Assembly (NCBI GenBank): GCA_963699255.1
Contig: OY969425.1
Coordinates: 840,001-872,000 of the forward strand
Direction: 5' to 3'
Length of the DNA stretch: 32,000 nucleotides
Source of the DNA: an uncultured bacterium
GTDB taxonomy: Bacteria > Margulisbacteria > WOR-1 > CAVSGV01
The notes under the pieces are model-generated. The model was not told the origin of the DNA, searched no databases, and was given only the letters and a program-made list of their open reading frames with translations. This document shows positions 7,490 to 17,500 of this stretch, piece by piece (the stretch's first letter is position 1; each line of letters begins with the position of its first letter). A program made the translations under genes and the position numbers.

Positions 7490-10400
7490 ACCTGCACGGA
7501 ATAGCCAGAACATTATCTAGCGATCCCCGGTTCGACAAGATCATCGGCAGCAGAAAAACAGCCGTAGAAGGCCTTGCCGGCAGCGCGGCTGCCGCTTTTT
7601 ACTCCGCCCTCTTTATAAAAACCGGCAAAACGCTCCTTGTAATATCCCAGGATGCCGAATCGCTGTCGAATGACATCAAAACCTTTATAGGAGATAACAG
7701 GGCATATTACTTCCCAGCCTGGGACACATTTCCGACCGAAGATATCTCCCCCAGCACGGAAATAGTCGGAGAACGTCAGGCGATACTTGACCGGATACTG
7801 GCGGGAGAAAAGCTGATAATTACTGCGGCCATAAAATCGGCGGTAACAAGGGTCATTCCAAAAACCGTTCTGCAGGAAAATACCATTTCCCTTCAAACCG
7901 TAAGTTCTAAGATCGACCCTGAAGCGAAGCTCAGCGCATGCTTCAGGGTCGACCGGGAAGGATTGATCAGCCAGCTCGTGAAGCTTGGATATAAGAGAAG
8001 GGACATAGTTGGAGAACGGGGGGAATTCGCCGTGAGAGGAGGGATATTGGACATTTTCGCCCCTAACTTATCCGATCCTGTAAGGATAGAGCTTGTCGGC
8101 GACAAAATAGAGTCACTCAGGTTCTTTGATGCGGCAAGCCAGAGGTCCAAGGCGGGTGTCAAAGGGGTCAAGATATTTCCTATTCACGAGCTTGTCCTGG
8201 ACGGAGCCGAAGGATCCGTTCTTGAGGGCGAGGCAGAATACAAGGACGGGATAGAGCTCAAAATACCTCAAATATATGCCGGTTTTAGCGGCATCTTCGA
8301 ATATCTTGATGACGGGACCTTGATAATACTGGACGATCCACGAAGTCTTCGTCTTTCCCAGGAAAAACTGATCAAAGAAATAGAGGAACTGCGCGGAAAT
8401 TCAACGGGGAAATTTTACCTGGATGTTGATGAATTTGAAAGATCGCTGTCGAACTATCCCTTGATCACGCGTGGCGACGGCGAAGGCGGAGTATCGTTTG
8501 ATTTTGCACCGGCGGACGATCATATGGGAAAGATCGATCAGCTTATTGATAAGCTGGTAAAAGAAAGAGCCGGGATGTCGACTTTCATAGTAAGCAAGCA
8601 GGCTGACAGGCTCCATGAACTTTTCATTGAGAGAGGGCTTGTAGCTCAAAAGATCGAAGAAGTACCGCCTGACTTCAAGAAAGGCATATTCATACTGTTC
8701 GGCAAGCTCAGGACCGGTTTTCGCGGCAACGGGATAGAGGTCCTGACGGACAGAGAGCTGTTCGGCGAGATGCCATCAAAGGTCACGTTCACGCCCAAGC
8801 CATCGGAAGGGGTCTCTGAAAAACTGCTCGCTGAACTTTATGTGGGGGATTATGTCGTCCATTCAAATTACGGGATAGGGATATACAGGGGCCTAAAGAA
8901 GCTGGAGATCGACGGCGCGCTCCAGGAATACATCCAGATCGATTACGCGCAGGATGACAAGCTCTATGTGCCGCTGCACCAGATGGGCCTTGTTGAAAAA
9001 TATTCCGGCGGAGGGGACTACAAGCCAAAGATAGGACGACTTGGAGGAACAGAGTGGGCAAGGCAAAAGTCCCGCGCAAAGAAATCCATAAAGGACATTA
9101 CCGAGGAGCTGCTTGACCTTTATGTTTCAAGACACAAGATGGAAGGGCTAAAGTATCCTCCGGATTCTTTGTGGGAGATGGAATTTGAAAAATCCTTCCC
9201 GTATGAAGAAACTCCGGATCAGGCAAAAGCGATCCGGGAGATCAAGAAAGACATGGAAAGCGGAAAGCTTATCGACAGGCTTGTTTGCGGGGACGTGGGC
9301 TACGGGAAAACAGAAGTAGCTCTTCGCGCGGCTTTCAAGGCCGCGGTATCAGGCCAGCAGGTAGCGGTCCTGACCCCTACGACCGTTCTTGCCGACCAGC
9401 ATTTCCATGTTTTTTCCCAAAGGTTCAAGCCCTACCCCATCACGGTGGAAGCGCTGTCCCGGTTCAAGAGCAAGGATGAACAAAAACAGATAATCAGATC
9501 GCTTGAAGCAGGAGCGATCGACATAGTTATCGGGACCCACAGGATGATCCAGAAAGACGTTAAATTCAAGAACCTGGGCCTTCTTATAATAGACGAAGAG
9601 CAGAAGTTCGGGGTTTCGGCCAAGGAGAAGCTGAAGCAGATCGCGATGAGGGCCAATGTGATAACACTTTCCGCAACGCCTATCCCGAGGACGCTCTACA
9701 TGGCTCTCTCTGGCGTCAGGGAGATGAGCATCATCGCAACCGCGCCCCTTGACAGGTCTCCCATAAGGACATACCTGAGGGAATTTGACGAGAATATAAT
9801 AAAGGAAGCGATAAGAAGGGAGCTTGAGAGAGGCGGCCAGGTGTTCTTCGTTCACAACATCGTAAAAAACATAGACAAAATAGCCGCCCTAATCAAACAG
9901 ATAGTCCCGGAAGCCAGGATCGCCGTGGCGCACGGGCAGATGAAGGAATCCAGCCTTGAGGAGATCATGATTAAGTTCGTGAACAAAGAATTTGACGTTC
10001 TGCTCTCGACAAGCATAATAGAATCCGGGCTTGATATCCCGTCCGTAAACACCGTGATAATAGACAACGCTTCGGAATTCGGCCTCTCACAGCTTTACCA
10101 GATAAGAGGCAGGGTCGGAAGGTCTTCAACGAGAGCTTTCGCATATCTTCTCTACCATAAAGAAAAGGTCTTGACGGATAAAGCCCTCGAGAGATTGAAA
10201 GCCATACAGGAATTCACCGCTCTTGGTTCCGGATACAAGCTCGCAATGGCTGACCTTGAGATAAGAGGCGCCGGAAATATCCTCGGGGGAGAACAGCACG
10301 GTCACATGCTTAACATCGGATTTGACCTGTACTGCGACCTGCTGGAGGAATCCGTAAGAGAGCTTAAGCACATCGAGCCCCCGGCGGCAAAAAAGGTGTT

Positions 10401-10800
10401 CATTGACCTTAAGATAGACGCTTTCATACCAAAAGATTATGTCGCGGACGACAAACAGCGGATAGCGCTCTACAGAAGGATGAATGCCCTGAACGATCTC
10501 AGGGAACTTGAGGGATTAAAAAACGAAATGATCGACAGGTTCGGCCGCGCCTACCGGGGCGGTCAGTCCCCGACCGAAGCATCGGGGCAGGCAGAGAAGA
10601 TACCTCCGGAGCTTGAATCATTGTTCAGAATAATCGAGCTCAAGATAGAGGCGGGAGAAAAGAACGTCACAAGCATAACGGGCGGCTCGGAACTTGTGGA
10701 AATACAGTTCGATCTGAAAAAACCGATCGTCATAAGGACCAGGGGCATGCCGAAAGAAAAATGGTTCAATCTTGTGCGTGATAAAATAAGGCAAATGTAA
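7486..10800 (+). CDS. mfd: Transcription-repair coupling factor
   Basis: The 1104-aa protein has a UvrB-like N-terminus, a CarD/TRCF RNAP-interaction region (YVVHSNYGIGIY), helicase motifs (GDVGYGKTEVA, DEEQKFG, SATPIPRT, QLYQIRGRVGR) and a TRCF C-terminus. The GTG start overlaps the pth stop (GTGA). Confidence 0.95.
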   Translation: MNLHGIARTLSSDPRFDKIIGSRKTAVEGLAGSAAAAFYSALFIKTGKTLLVISQDAESLSNDIKTFIGDNRAYYFPAWDTFPTEDISPSTEIVGERQAILDRILAGEKLIITAAIKSAVTRVIPKTVLQENTISLQTVSSKIDPEAKLSACFRVDREGLISQLVKLGYKRRDIVGERGEFAVRGGILDIFAPNLSDPVRIELVGDKIESLRFFDAASQRSKAGVKGVKIFPIHELVLDGAEGSVLEGEAEYKDGIELKIPQIYAGFSGIFEYLDDGTLIILDDPRSLRLSQEKLIKEIEELRGNSTGKFYLDVDEFERSLSNYPLITRGDGEGGVSFDFAPADDHMGKIDQLIDKLVKERAGMSTFIVSKQADRLHELFIERGLVAQKIEEVPPDFKKGIFILFGKLRTGFRGNGIEVLTDRELFGEMPSKVTFTPKPSEGVSEKLLAELYVGDYVVHSNYGIGIYRGLKKLEIDGALQEYIQIDYAQDDKLYVPLHQMGLVEKYSGGGDYKPKIGRLGGTEWARQKSRAKKSIKDITEELLDLYVSRHKMEGLKYPPDSLWEMEFEKSFPYEETPDQAKAIREIKKDMESGKLIDRLVCGDVGYGKTEVALRAAFKAAVSGQQVAVLTPTTVLADQHFHVFSQRFKPYPITVEALSRFKSKDEQKQIIRSLEAGAIDIVIGTHRMIQKDVKFKNLGLLIIDEEQKFGVSAKEKLKQIAMRANVITLSATPIPRTLYMALSGVREMSIIATAPLDRSPIRTYLREFDENIIKEAIRRELERGGQVFFVHNIVKNIDKIAALIKQIVPEARIAVAHGQMKESSLEEIMIKFVNKEFDVLLSTSIIESGLDIPSVNTVIIDNASEFGLSQLYQIRGRVGRSSTRAFAYLLYHKEKVLTDKALERLKAIQEFTALGSGYKLAMADLEIRGAGNILGGEQHGHMLNIGFDLYCDLLEESVRELKHIEPPAAKKVFIDLKIDAFIPKDYVADDKQRIALYRRMNALNDLRELEGLKNEMIDRFGRAYRGGQSPTEASGQAEKIPPELESLFRIIELKIEAGEKNVTSITGGSELVEIQFDLKKPIVIRTRGMPKEKWFNLVRDKIRQM

Positions 10801-10861
10801 GGCACCGGAGGCATGGTTCGTCCTTTACATATTGTTATACCTGTGGTAAATTACAGGCCAA

Positions 10862-11863
10862 ATGAAGAATAAGTTATTAATGCTCGTCATTGTCCTTCTT
10901 ATTGCCACGCTTCCCGTGTTCGCCGCGGCAAAAACGACTTCCAGGAAATCGGCCCCAAAACCTAAACCCGCCGCAGTAAAACCGGCGGCGAAAGATGTTG
11001 AATGGGCCGCCAAGGTGAACGGCGATCTGATCTCCATGGACCTCTATAACAGGAGAGTGGATAGCGCCATAAAAGAAATGACAAAAAAGATAAGCATTGA
11101 AGCGGCGGAGGAAAATGGACTGGTAAAGGATACAAAAAAATCGATACTCGAACAGATGATAGAAGCTGTAATCCTTCTCCAATGGGCGGACAGGGAAGGC
11201 CTGGAAATATCCGACAAGACCATAAAAACAAAAATATCTCAGATAAAGAAATCCTTCCCTTCGGCGCACGAATTCCACAAGTCTCTTGCCGAACAGGGAA
11301 TGTCGATCGATGACTTAGGACGGGACATAAAGAAACAGATCATCATCGATAAGATGATAGACATGAGGGCAAAGGCGCTCGCGGTAACGGATGAGGAAAT
11401 GAAGGCGTTCTATTACAAAAATCTCGACCTTTATTATCAGGAAGAAAAGCTCCACCTGCAGCAAATATTCAGGAAGGACGAGAACGACATCCAGGCGGAA
11501 AAAAGGAAGATCGACAGCGGAAAAGCGTTCAACGGCGAGGACATAGGGATCGTTGAAAAAAGCCAGCTCCCCGTCTACGAGGGCTCACAGATATTCAAGC
11601 TTAAACCGGGCGATATAAGCAGCGTTACTTCCGGTGAAGCAGGATATTACATATTCAAGGTCGTGGAAATCACTCCCGCAAGAGAAACGAAATTCGCGGA
11701 TGTTAAGGACAGCATAAGGAGATTCCTTCTTAAGGAAAAAGGCCGCACCAAGTTCATCAATGACCTTCAGGAAGAAAAAACGAACGCGAAGATCATTTTG
11801 AACGAAAAACTCGGTAAATTATTCTATCCCGTCACTTCACAAGAAGCAGAACCGCGTCCTTAA
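10862..11863 (+). CDS. Periplasmic SurA/PpiC-family peptidyl-prolyl isomerase/chaperone; the parvulin domain is divergent
   Basis: It has a signal peptide, a SurA_N-like region (AKVNGDLISMDLYNRRVDSAI..., ILEQMIEAVILLQWA) and a degenerate rotamase-like segment (GDISSVTSGEAGYYIFKVVEI). Confidence 0.65.
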   Translation: MKNKLLMLVIVLLIATLPVFAAAKTTSRKSAPKPKPAAVKPAAKDVEWAAKVNGDLISMDLYNRRVDSAIKEMTKKISIEAAEENGLVKDTKKSILEQMIEAVILLQWADREGLEISDKTIKTKISQIKKSFPSAHEFHKSLAEQGMSIDDLGRDIKKQIIIDKMIDMRAKALAVTDEEMKAFYYKNLDLYYQEEKLHLQQIFRKDENDIQAEKRKIDSGKAFNGEDIGIVEKSQLPVYEGSQIFKLKPGDISSVTSGEAGYYIFKVVEITPARETKFADVKDSIRRFLLKEKGRTKFINDLQEEKTNAKIILNEKLGKLFYPVTSQEAEPRP

Positions 11864-12332
11864 GCATGTTCTTTGAATCGTGTTTTTCCGAGTCAGCCAG
11901 GAATTCGGCCAGCGCCTGCTTTATTTCGCCGAAAGTGAAATTTTCTTTCCCCCCCGATTCGATATATGTCCCGCCCGATTTCTTTTGCCTTTTCGAAAGT
12001 TCCTTACCGAGCTGATCGGTGACCTTATTCCTTACGGAATCGACGAGCCTCTGGTTCACTATCTCCAGAACGATCTCGCCTTCATCGAAGATCTTTATCC
12101 CTTCGTTGTCTATATGGATATCCTCATTCACGATCTTGTCGGAAGTGATCTGAGAGAGGTATACGCTGATTATCTTCTTTGCGACTTCCGGGTTGAGCCG
12201 ATTGCCGATAATGAATTTCGGCTCAACGTTCACGCAGGTATGCTTTGCGTTAACTGCTATGGGCTTGCCGTGATCGAGCCAGAACGCCTTTAGGGCCTTC
12301 TCCACTTCATATTTATTTTCTTCATTTATCAT
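11832..12332 (-). CDS. Hypothetical protein (166 aa); I recognise no family
   Basis: It starts at an ATG with SD AGGGAG and lies 15 nt downstream of 12348-12941. Its 3' end overlaps the convergent PPIase gene by 32 nt. Confidence 0.5.
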   Translation of the reverse strand: MINEENKYEVEKALKAFWLDHGKPIAVNAKHTCVNVEPKFIIGNRLNPEVAKKIISVYLSQITSDKIVNEDIHIDNEGIKIFDEGEIVLEIVNQRLVDSVRNKVTDQLGKELSKRQKKSGGTYIESGGKENFTFGEIKQALAEFLADSEKHDSKNMLKDAVLLLVK

Positions 12333-12347
12333 TTTAACCTGCTCCCT

Positions 12348-12941
12348 TCAAACTACCTTTTCATAAGCCAGGTATTTCATCAGCACTTTCCCCACAAGCC
12401 AATTCTCGTCGTACACAAGTTTTAGGCCGTTATCTTTCTCACCCACAGTCGCAGCACTGGCCGTTTCACTGGCCTCACTTGCCCTATCCATGTTGTTGAT
12501 ATTGAGCTTTACTGGCCCCTGCCCGACCGCTACATCACTTCCGCTTTTTTGTTTTGATTGGAATTTGGTCAGATCGATTAAGATCTTGGTATCATCCTTG
12601 ACTGAGTACTTCAGCTCCGACTTAAATTTTTGGACTTTTGGGATGATATCTTCGGCAAGGATCTTGGGATCTTTGCATGCCTTTTGCAATAACATGGCTA
12701 GTGAGAGATCATTTGCGCTATCAACTTCCTTGACAAACTTCACTATGCTCGATAAATTCTCCTTAAGATCTTTAATATATTTAACATAAACTGAGTTCAG
12801 GTCCGCTTCAGTTGCGGCCACAAAATCTTTGAGAATTTGGGCAAGCATTTTCCGCGCCGTACCCTGCGGATATGCACCCCTTAACTGAGAAATATTAATC
12901 TCAGTTGGTTTTATTGATGCCCCAGATGATTCTACGCCCAT
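12348..12941 (-). CDS. Hypothetical protein (197 aa), predicted to be mostly amphipathic helices with a Ser/Ala/Thr-rich linker
   Basis: The track start at 12986 is a TTG. ATG 12941 has SD GGAGGG 8 nt upstream. I recognise no family. Confidence 0.5.
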   Translation of the reverse strand: MGVESSGASIKPTEINISQLRGAYPQGTARKMLAQILKDFVAATEADLNSVYVKYIKDLKENLSSIVKFVKEVDSANDLSLAMLLQKACKDPKILAEDIIPKVQKFKSELKYSVKDDTKILIDLTKFQSKQKSGSDVAVGQGPVKLNINNMDRASEASETASAATVGEKDNGLKLVYDENWLVGKVLMKYLAYEKVV

Positions 12942-13000
12942 TATTTTAACCCTCCATACACCTATATTATCGGGATATATAGCCAAAAACTTGCATGATA

Positions 13001-13098
13001 CCTCAACCCTAGCCCTTCTCCTATAAATAGGAGAAGGAAAACGAAACTTTGATTTGTTTTCCCTCTCCTGCTATGCAGGAGAGGGGTTAGGGGTGAGG
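13001..13098 (-). other. 98-nt element able to fold as a four-way junction (outer stem plus three hairpins) between gltD and the orphan gene pair
   Basis: The outer stem CCTCAACCCTA (13001-13011) pairs with TAGGGGTGAGG (13088-13098) at 10 of 11 positions. HP1 is CCTTCTCCTA/taaa/TAGGAGAAGG (13014-13037). The central hairpin is AAAAC...GTTTT (13038-13060). HP2 is CCCTCTCCTGC/tat/GCAGGAGAGGG (13061-13085). Confidence 0.5.
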
Positions 13099-13111
13099 TA
13101 GGAAATAAGTG

Positions 13112-14506
13112 TTAAATTACAGGCAGGTTGCTTTTACCCGTGAGGTATTTATCTATATAATGCGCCGCTTTTCTTCCTTCGCTGACGGCCCAGACTATGA
13201 GGGATTGGCCTCTATGCATGTCCCCGGCGGAAAATACCCCTTTTTTTGAGGTCATGAACTCCTCGTTCGTCCTGATGTTCCCTCTCTGATCAAGCTCCAA
13301 ACCAAGCTTTTCGATCAATCCTTTTTTATCCGGATGAAGGAATCCCATTGCCAGGATCACCATATCCGCCTCCAGCTCAAAAAGCTTCCCTTCTTTTTCG
13401 CATATCAGTTTCACGACTTTTCCGCTTTCACCCGCGATATTTTTGGTTGAAACCGACCAGTAGCGCTCGCATCCTTCGCCATGGCTGGTCGATGTCTTTA
13501 GAATATTCGGGTATTTTGGCCAGGGTTGATCGATGGGCCGCTTATCGGACGGCTTGGGCAAAAGCTCTATCTGTGTTACGCTCTTTGCTCCCTGACGGTT
13601 GGCGCATCCCACGCAATCCGCCCCCGTATCCCCTCCTCCGATTATCACGACTTTTTTACCTTTTGCATCCATCAGTTCCTTCTCGGGTATTTTATGGCCT
13701 GCCACTCTTTTATTTGACTGCGTCAGATAATCCAGGGCGAAATAGAAGCCGGAAAGCTCTCTTCCTTCAACCTTAAGGTCTCTCGGGACCCTGGATCCCC
13801 CGCTCAGGCAAACGGCATCGAACTCCTTCAATAGCTTTGAGACGGGATGATCGATACCGACATTCACGCCGGTAACAAACTCGATCCCTTCTTTTTCCCA
13901 GAACCGGATCCGCCGATCGAGTATCGATTTTTCAAGCTTGAAATCGGGAATGCCGTACCTCATTATCCCGCCTATCTTATCGTCCTTCTCAAATACGACG
14001 ACCTTATGCCCGGCCCTGTTCAGCTGCGCGGCGCATGAGAGCCCGGCCGGGCCGGAACCGATCACAGCCACGCTTTTTCCGGTCCTTTTTACAGGCGGCT
14101 TCGACTTTACCAGGCCATTTTTGAATGCGTATTCAATTATCGCAAGCTCGTTATCCCTTATGGTTACCGGGTCATCGTTCACGCCCAGAACACATGCATA
14201 CTCACATAGCGCGGGGCAAATTCTGCCCGTTATCTCCGGGATATTGTTCGTCGCGTCAAGAAGCTGAAAAGCCTTATCCCAAAGCCCGTTGAACACGCTG
14301 TCGTTCCATTCGGGGATATAATTCCCGACCGGACATCCCCAGTTGCAGAACGGCGTTCCGCAATCCATGCAGCGGGAAGTCTGCTCCCTGGAATCCCTCT
14401 CGCTCCTCGCGACCGCGACGTCCTTATAATCTTTCACGCGTTCGCACGGCTGCCGGTATTCAGAGTTTTTTCTTTTGAACTTTAAAAACCCTTTTATGTC
14501 ACCCAT
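13112..14506 (-). CDS. gltD: Glutamate synthase small (beta) subunit, NAD(P)H-dependent
   Basis: Motifs include CMDCGTPFC, the Cys cluster CPALCEYAC, and FAD/NAD folds (VAVIGSGPAGLSCA, VVIIGGGDTGADC). I set the start at ATG 14506, which has SD GGAGG 7 nt upstream and overlaps the gltB stop as ATGGGTGA. Confidence 0.93.
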   Translation of the reverse strand: MGDIKGFLKFKRKNSEYRQPCERVKDYKDVAVARSERDSREQTSRCMDCGTPFCNWGCPVGNYIPEWNDSVFNGLWDKAFQLLDATNNIPEITGRICPALCEYACVLGVNDDPVTIRDNELAIIEYAFKNGLVKSKPPVKRTGKSVAVIGSGPAGLSCAAQLNRAGHKVVVFEKDDKIGGIMRYGIPDFKLEKSILDRRIRFWEKEGIEFVTGVNVGIDHPVSKLLKEFDAVCLSGGSRVPRDLKVEGRELSGFYFALDYLTQSNKRVAGHKIPEKELMDAKGKKVVIIGGGDTGADCVGCANRQGAKSVTQIELLPKPSDKRPIDQPWPKYPNILKTSTSHGEGCERYWSVSTKNIAGESGKVVKLICEKEGKLFELEADMVILAMGFLHPDKKGLIEKLGLELDQRGNIRTNEEFMTSKKGVFSAGDMHRGQSLIVWAVSEGRKAAHYIDKYLTGKSNLPVI

Positions 14507-17500
14507 CCAAGACCTCCGTAAGACCGGATTCCTCTGCCAGCTCTTTTTCCTTCCTGCCCGCAGGCAGGCCGGCAAGCACCCGCTTGTACTCTGCGGGCAT
14601 TACCTTAACGAATTTTCTCGTTTCGTTCTCGAAATTATCCAGGATCTTTTTTGCCAAGGGACTCTTTGTATGCCTGTAATGGTTATTGATCAGACCGCTG
14701 ATGATCTTTTTGTCTTCTTTTGAAACCTTTTCAAGTCCGACCATTTTCAAGTTGCACTTTTCGGCAAAATCACCGTATCGGTCATATACGTATGCTATGC
14801 CGCCCGACATTCCTGCGCCAAAGTTCCTGCCTGTACCGCCCAGAACAACCACATGGCCGCCTGTCATATACTCGCAGCCATGGTCTCCAACTCCTTCCAC
14901 CACCGCGTCAAGACCTGAATTCCTTATGCAGAACCTTTCTCCCGCAACCCCTCTAATATAAGCCTCTCCGGATATCGCGCCGTAGAAAGTCGTATTTCCG
15001 ATAATGATGTTCTTCTCGGACTCATACGTTGATTCCTTTGACGGATAAACTATTATCTTCCCGCCTGAAATGCCTTTGCCCACATAATCATTAGCCATCC
15101 CTTCAAGTTCAAGGGTAACGCCCTTTGCAAGCCAGGCCCCAAAGCTCTGACCGGCCACGCCGCTGAATTTGAACCGGATGGTATCTTCGGGAAGACCTTC
15201 TTCTCCGTAGAGCCTGCATATCTCGCCGCTGAGCATGGCTCCCACAGTGCGGTTCGTATTATTAATGAAGACTTCTCCTCTCACAGCACTGCGATCTTTC
15301 AGGGCCGGAGAAGCCATTTCGATGAGCTTTTTGTCGAGAACTTTGTCAATGCCATGAATCTGGGGGATCGTGCACCTGACATCTGCATTTTTGGACGATT
15401 CCGGCCTGTAAAACACCCTTGAATAATCTATATCCTTCGCCTTCGACGGGACTATTGTCTTATCGGTCTCCAGAAGATCGCTTCTCCCGATCAGCTCGTC
15501 GAGGCTCGCCACCCCGATACCAGCCATGATCTCCCTTAATTCCTGGGCGATAAAAGTAAAATAATTGATTATGTATTCTGGTTTGCCTGTGAACCGATTC
15601 GAAAGCTCCTCGTCCTGCGTCGCAACCCCCACGGAGCAGTTATTGAGATGGCAATGTCTGAGCATGACGCAGCCTAATACGATCAGCACCGCGGTGCAAA
15701 ATCCAAATTCCTCGGCTCCCAGCATTGCGGCGATGGCAACATCCCGTCCCGTCCTCATCTGGCCGTCAGTCTGAAGCCTTACTCTGGAGCGAAGGTTGTT
15801 CATAATAAGGGTCTGATGAGTTTCGGAAAGCCCCAGCTCCCAGGGCAAACCCGCGTTCTTTATCGAGCTTACGGGAGAAGCGCCGGTCCCGCCGTCACCG
15901 CCCGATATCAGAATCATGTCCGCATGCCCTTTCGCGACACCGGCTGCAATGGTCCCGACGCCGATCTCAGACACAAGTTTGACAGATATCCTTGCCTTTG
16001 GATTAACGTTCTTAAGGTCGAATATCAGCTGGGCGAGATCTTCTATCGAATAAATATCATGATGCGGAGGTGGTGATATCAGCGTAACCCCGGGAGTCGT
16101 ATATCTGGTCTTTGCTATTACCTCGCTCACTTTATGGCCGGGAAGCTGGCCTCCTTCTCCCGGCTTTGCGCCCTGGGCCATCTTTATCTGGATCTCATCG
16201 GCATTTACCAGGTAATTCGCGGTCACGCCGAACCTGCCGGATGCTACCTGCTTTATCGCGCTTCTCTTCAGATCCCCGTTCGGCATAGGCTTAAAGCGCT
16301 GAGGGTCTTCGCCGCCTTCACCGGTGTTCGACCTCCCGCCAATCCTGTTCATTGCGATCGCTATCGTTTCATGCGCGGACTTGCTTATGGAGCCAAAGCT
16401 CATTGCTCCGACCGCAAAACGCTTCAATATGGACCGGACAGGCTCCACTTCTTCTATGGGTATCGGCCTTGTCCTGCCTTTTGATATCTTTATCAGGCTC
16501 CTGAGCGTCGTCGGATTTTTTGATTGATCGTTGATGAGGCACGAGAACTCATTATATTTTGCCTGGTCATTATTCCTGACCGCATCCTGAAGCGCGGCGA
16601 TCGTCTCGGGATTCCAGAGATGGAATTCGCCGTCACGTTTCCACTGATACACGCCACCCGTAGGCAGATAGGTTATGCCAAGCGCCTTATCTTCATAGGC
16701 TTTGCCATGCCGCATGATCGTCTCCGTCGCTATTTCTTCCATCCCTGCCCCGCCTATCCTTGAAGGCGTCCCTTCAAAATATCTGTCAATGAACTCATCA
16801 TTTAATCCCAGCGCCTCAAAGATCTGCGAGCCCCTGTAGCTGTTCAATGTGGAAATTCCCATTTTTGAAAGTATCTTCTCCACTCCACTCATCACGGCCT
16901 TAATGTAATTGGAGCCCGCCGTTTTTGCATCTATCGTAATTTCCCCCTCAACGGCAAGCGAGGAGACCGCTTCATATGCCAGATAAGGGTTGACGGCATC
17001 CGCGCCGTAACCAAAAAGAAGTGCGAAATGATGCGTTTCTCTTGTTTCGCCGCTTTCCGCAATTATCCCCACCCTGGTACGGAGCGCCTTCCTTATTAGA
17101 TACTGATGGACGGCGGAAACCGCGAGCAGGGTCGGGATAGCCGCATTGTCCCTGTCAGCCCCTCTGTCGCTTAAAACAATGAACGTGTATCCTTTATTAA
17201 TGGCGTCTTCCGACTCCCTGCATATCCTTTCGATCGAATCACTGAAATCCTTTTGGCTTGATGATCTTCCGCCAAAGGCGGACCCCGACAAAGGGCGGGG
17301 AGAAAGTATGGAAATCGTCTTTGTCCTTAATCCGTCCATCTTTACAGCCCTTATCTTTTCAAGCTGTTCGTTGGTCAACACAGGCGATTTAAGCCTCAAT
17401 TTGCAGCAGTGTTTAGGCCCTTCATCAAGCATGTTATCCTGCGGCCCGATGTAGCTTTCCATGCTCATAACGATCTCTTCCCGTATTGGATCAATGGGAG

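Noticed and set aside
10824-10852. A candidate sigma-70 promoter, TTTACA-17-TAAATT, that would make the PPIase mRNA leaderless.
   Set aside because: Both hexamers are weak and the gene may simply be co-transcribed with mfd. I do not list it as a feature.
13001-13098. Whether the cloverleaf-like element is a tRNA or tRNA-like gene.
   Set aside because: At 98 nt, with stems of 10-11 bp, it is too long. It has no T-loop GTTCRA motif, no D-loop features and no 7-bp acceptor/CCA geometry. I report it as an unknown structured element instead.
3754-14568. A shared CCTGCCCG...GGCAGGC hairpin at 3754-3770 and inside the 3' end of gltB (14553-14568), as a possible dispersed repeat.
   Set aside because: Only about 8 plus 7 nt are shared. 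The second copy is in well-conserved coding sequence (…LAGLPAGRKE…). A chance GC-rich palindrome is more likely.
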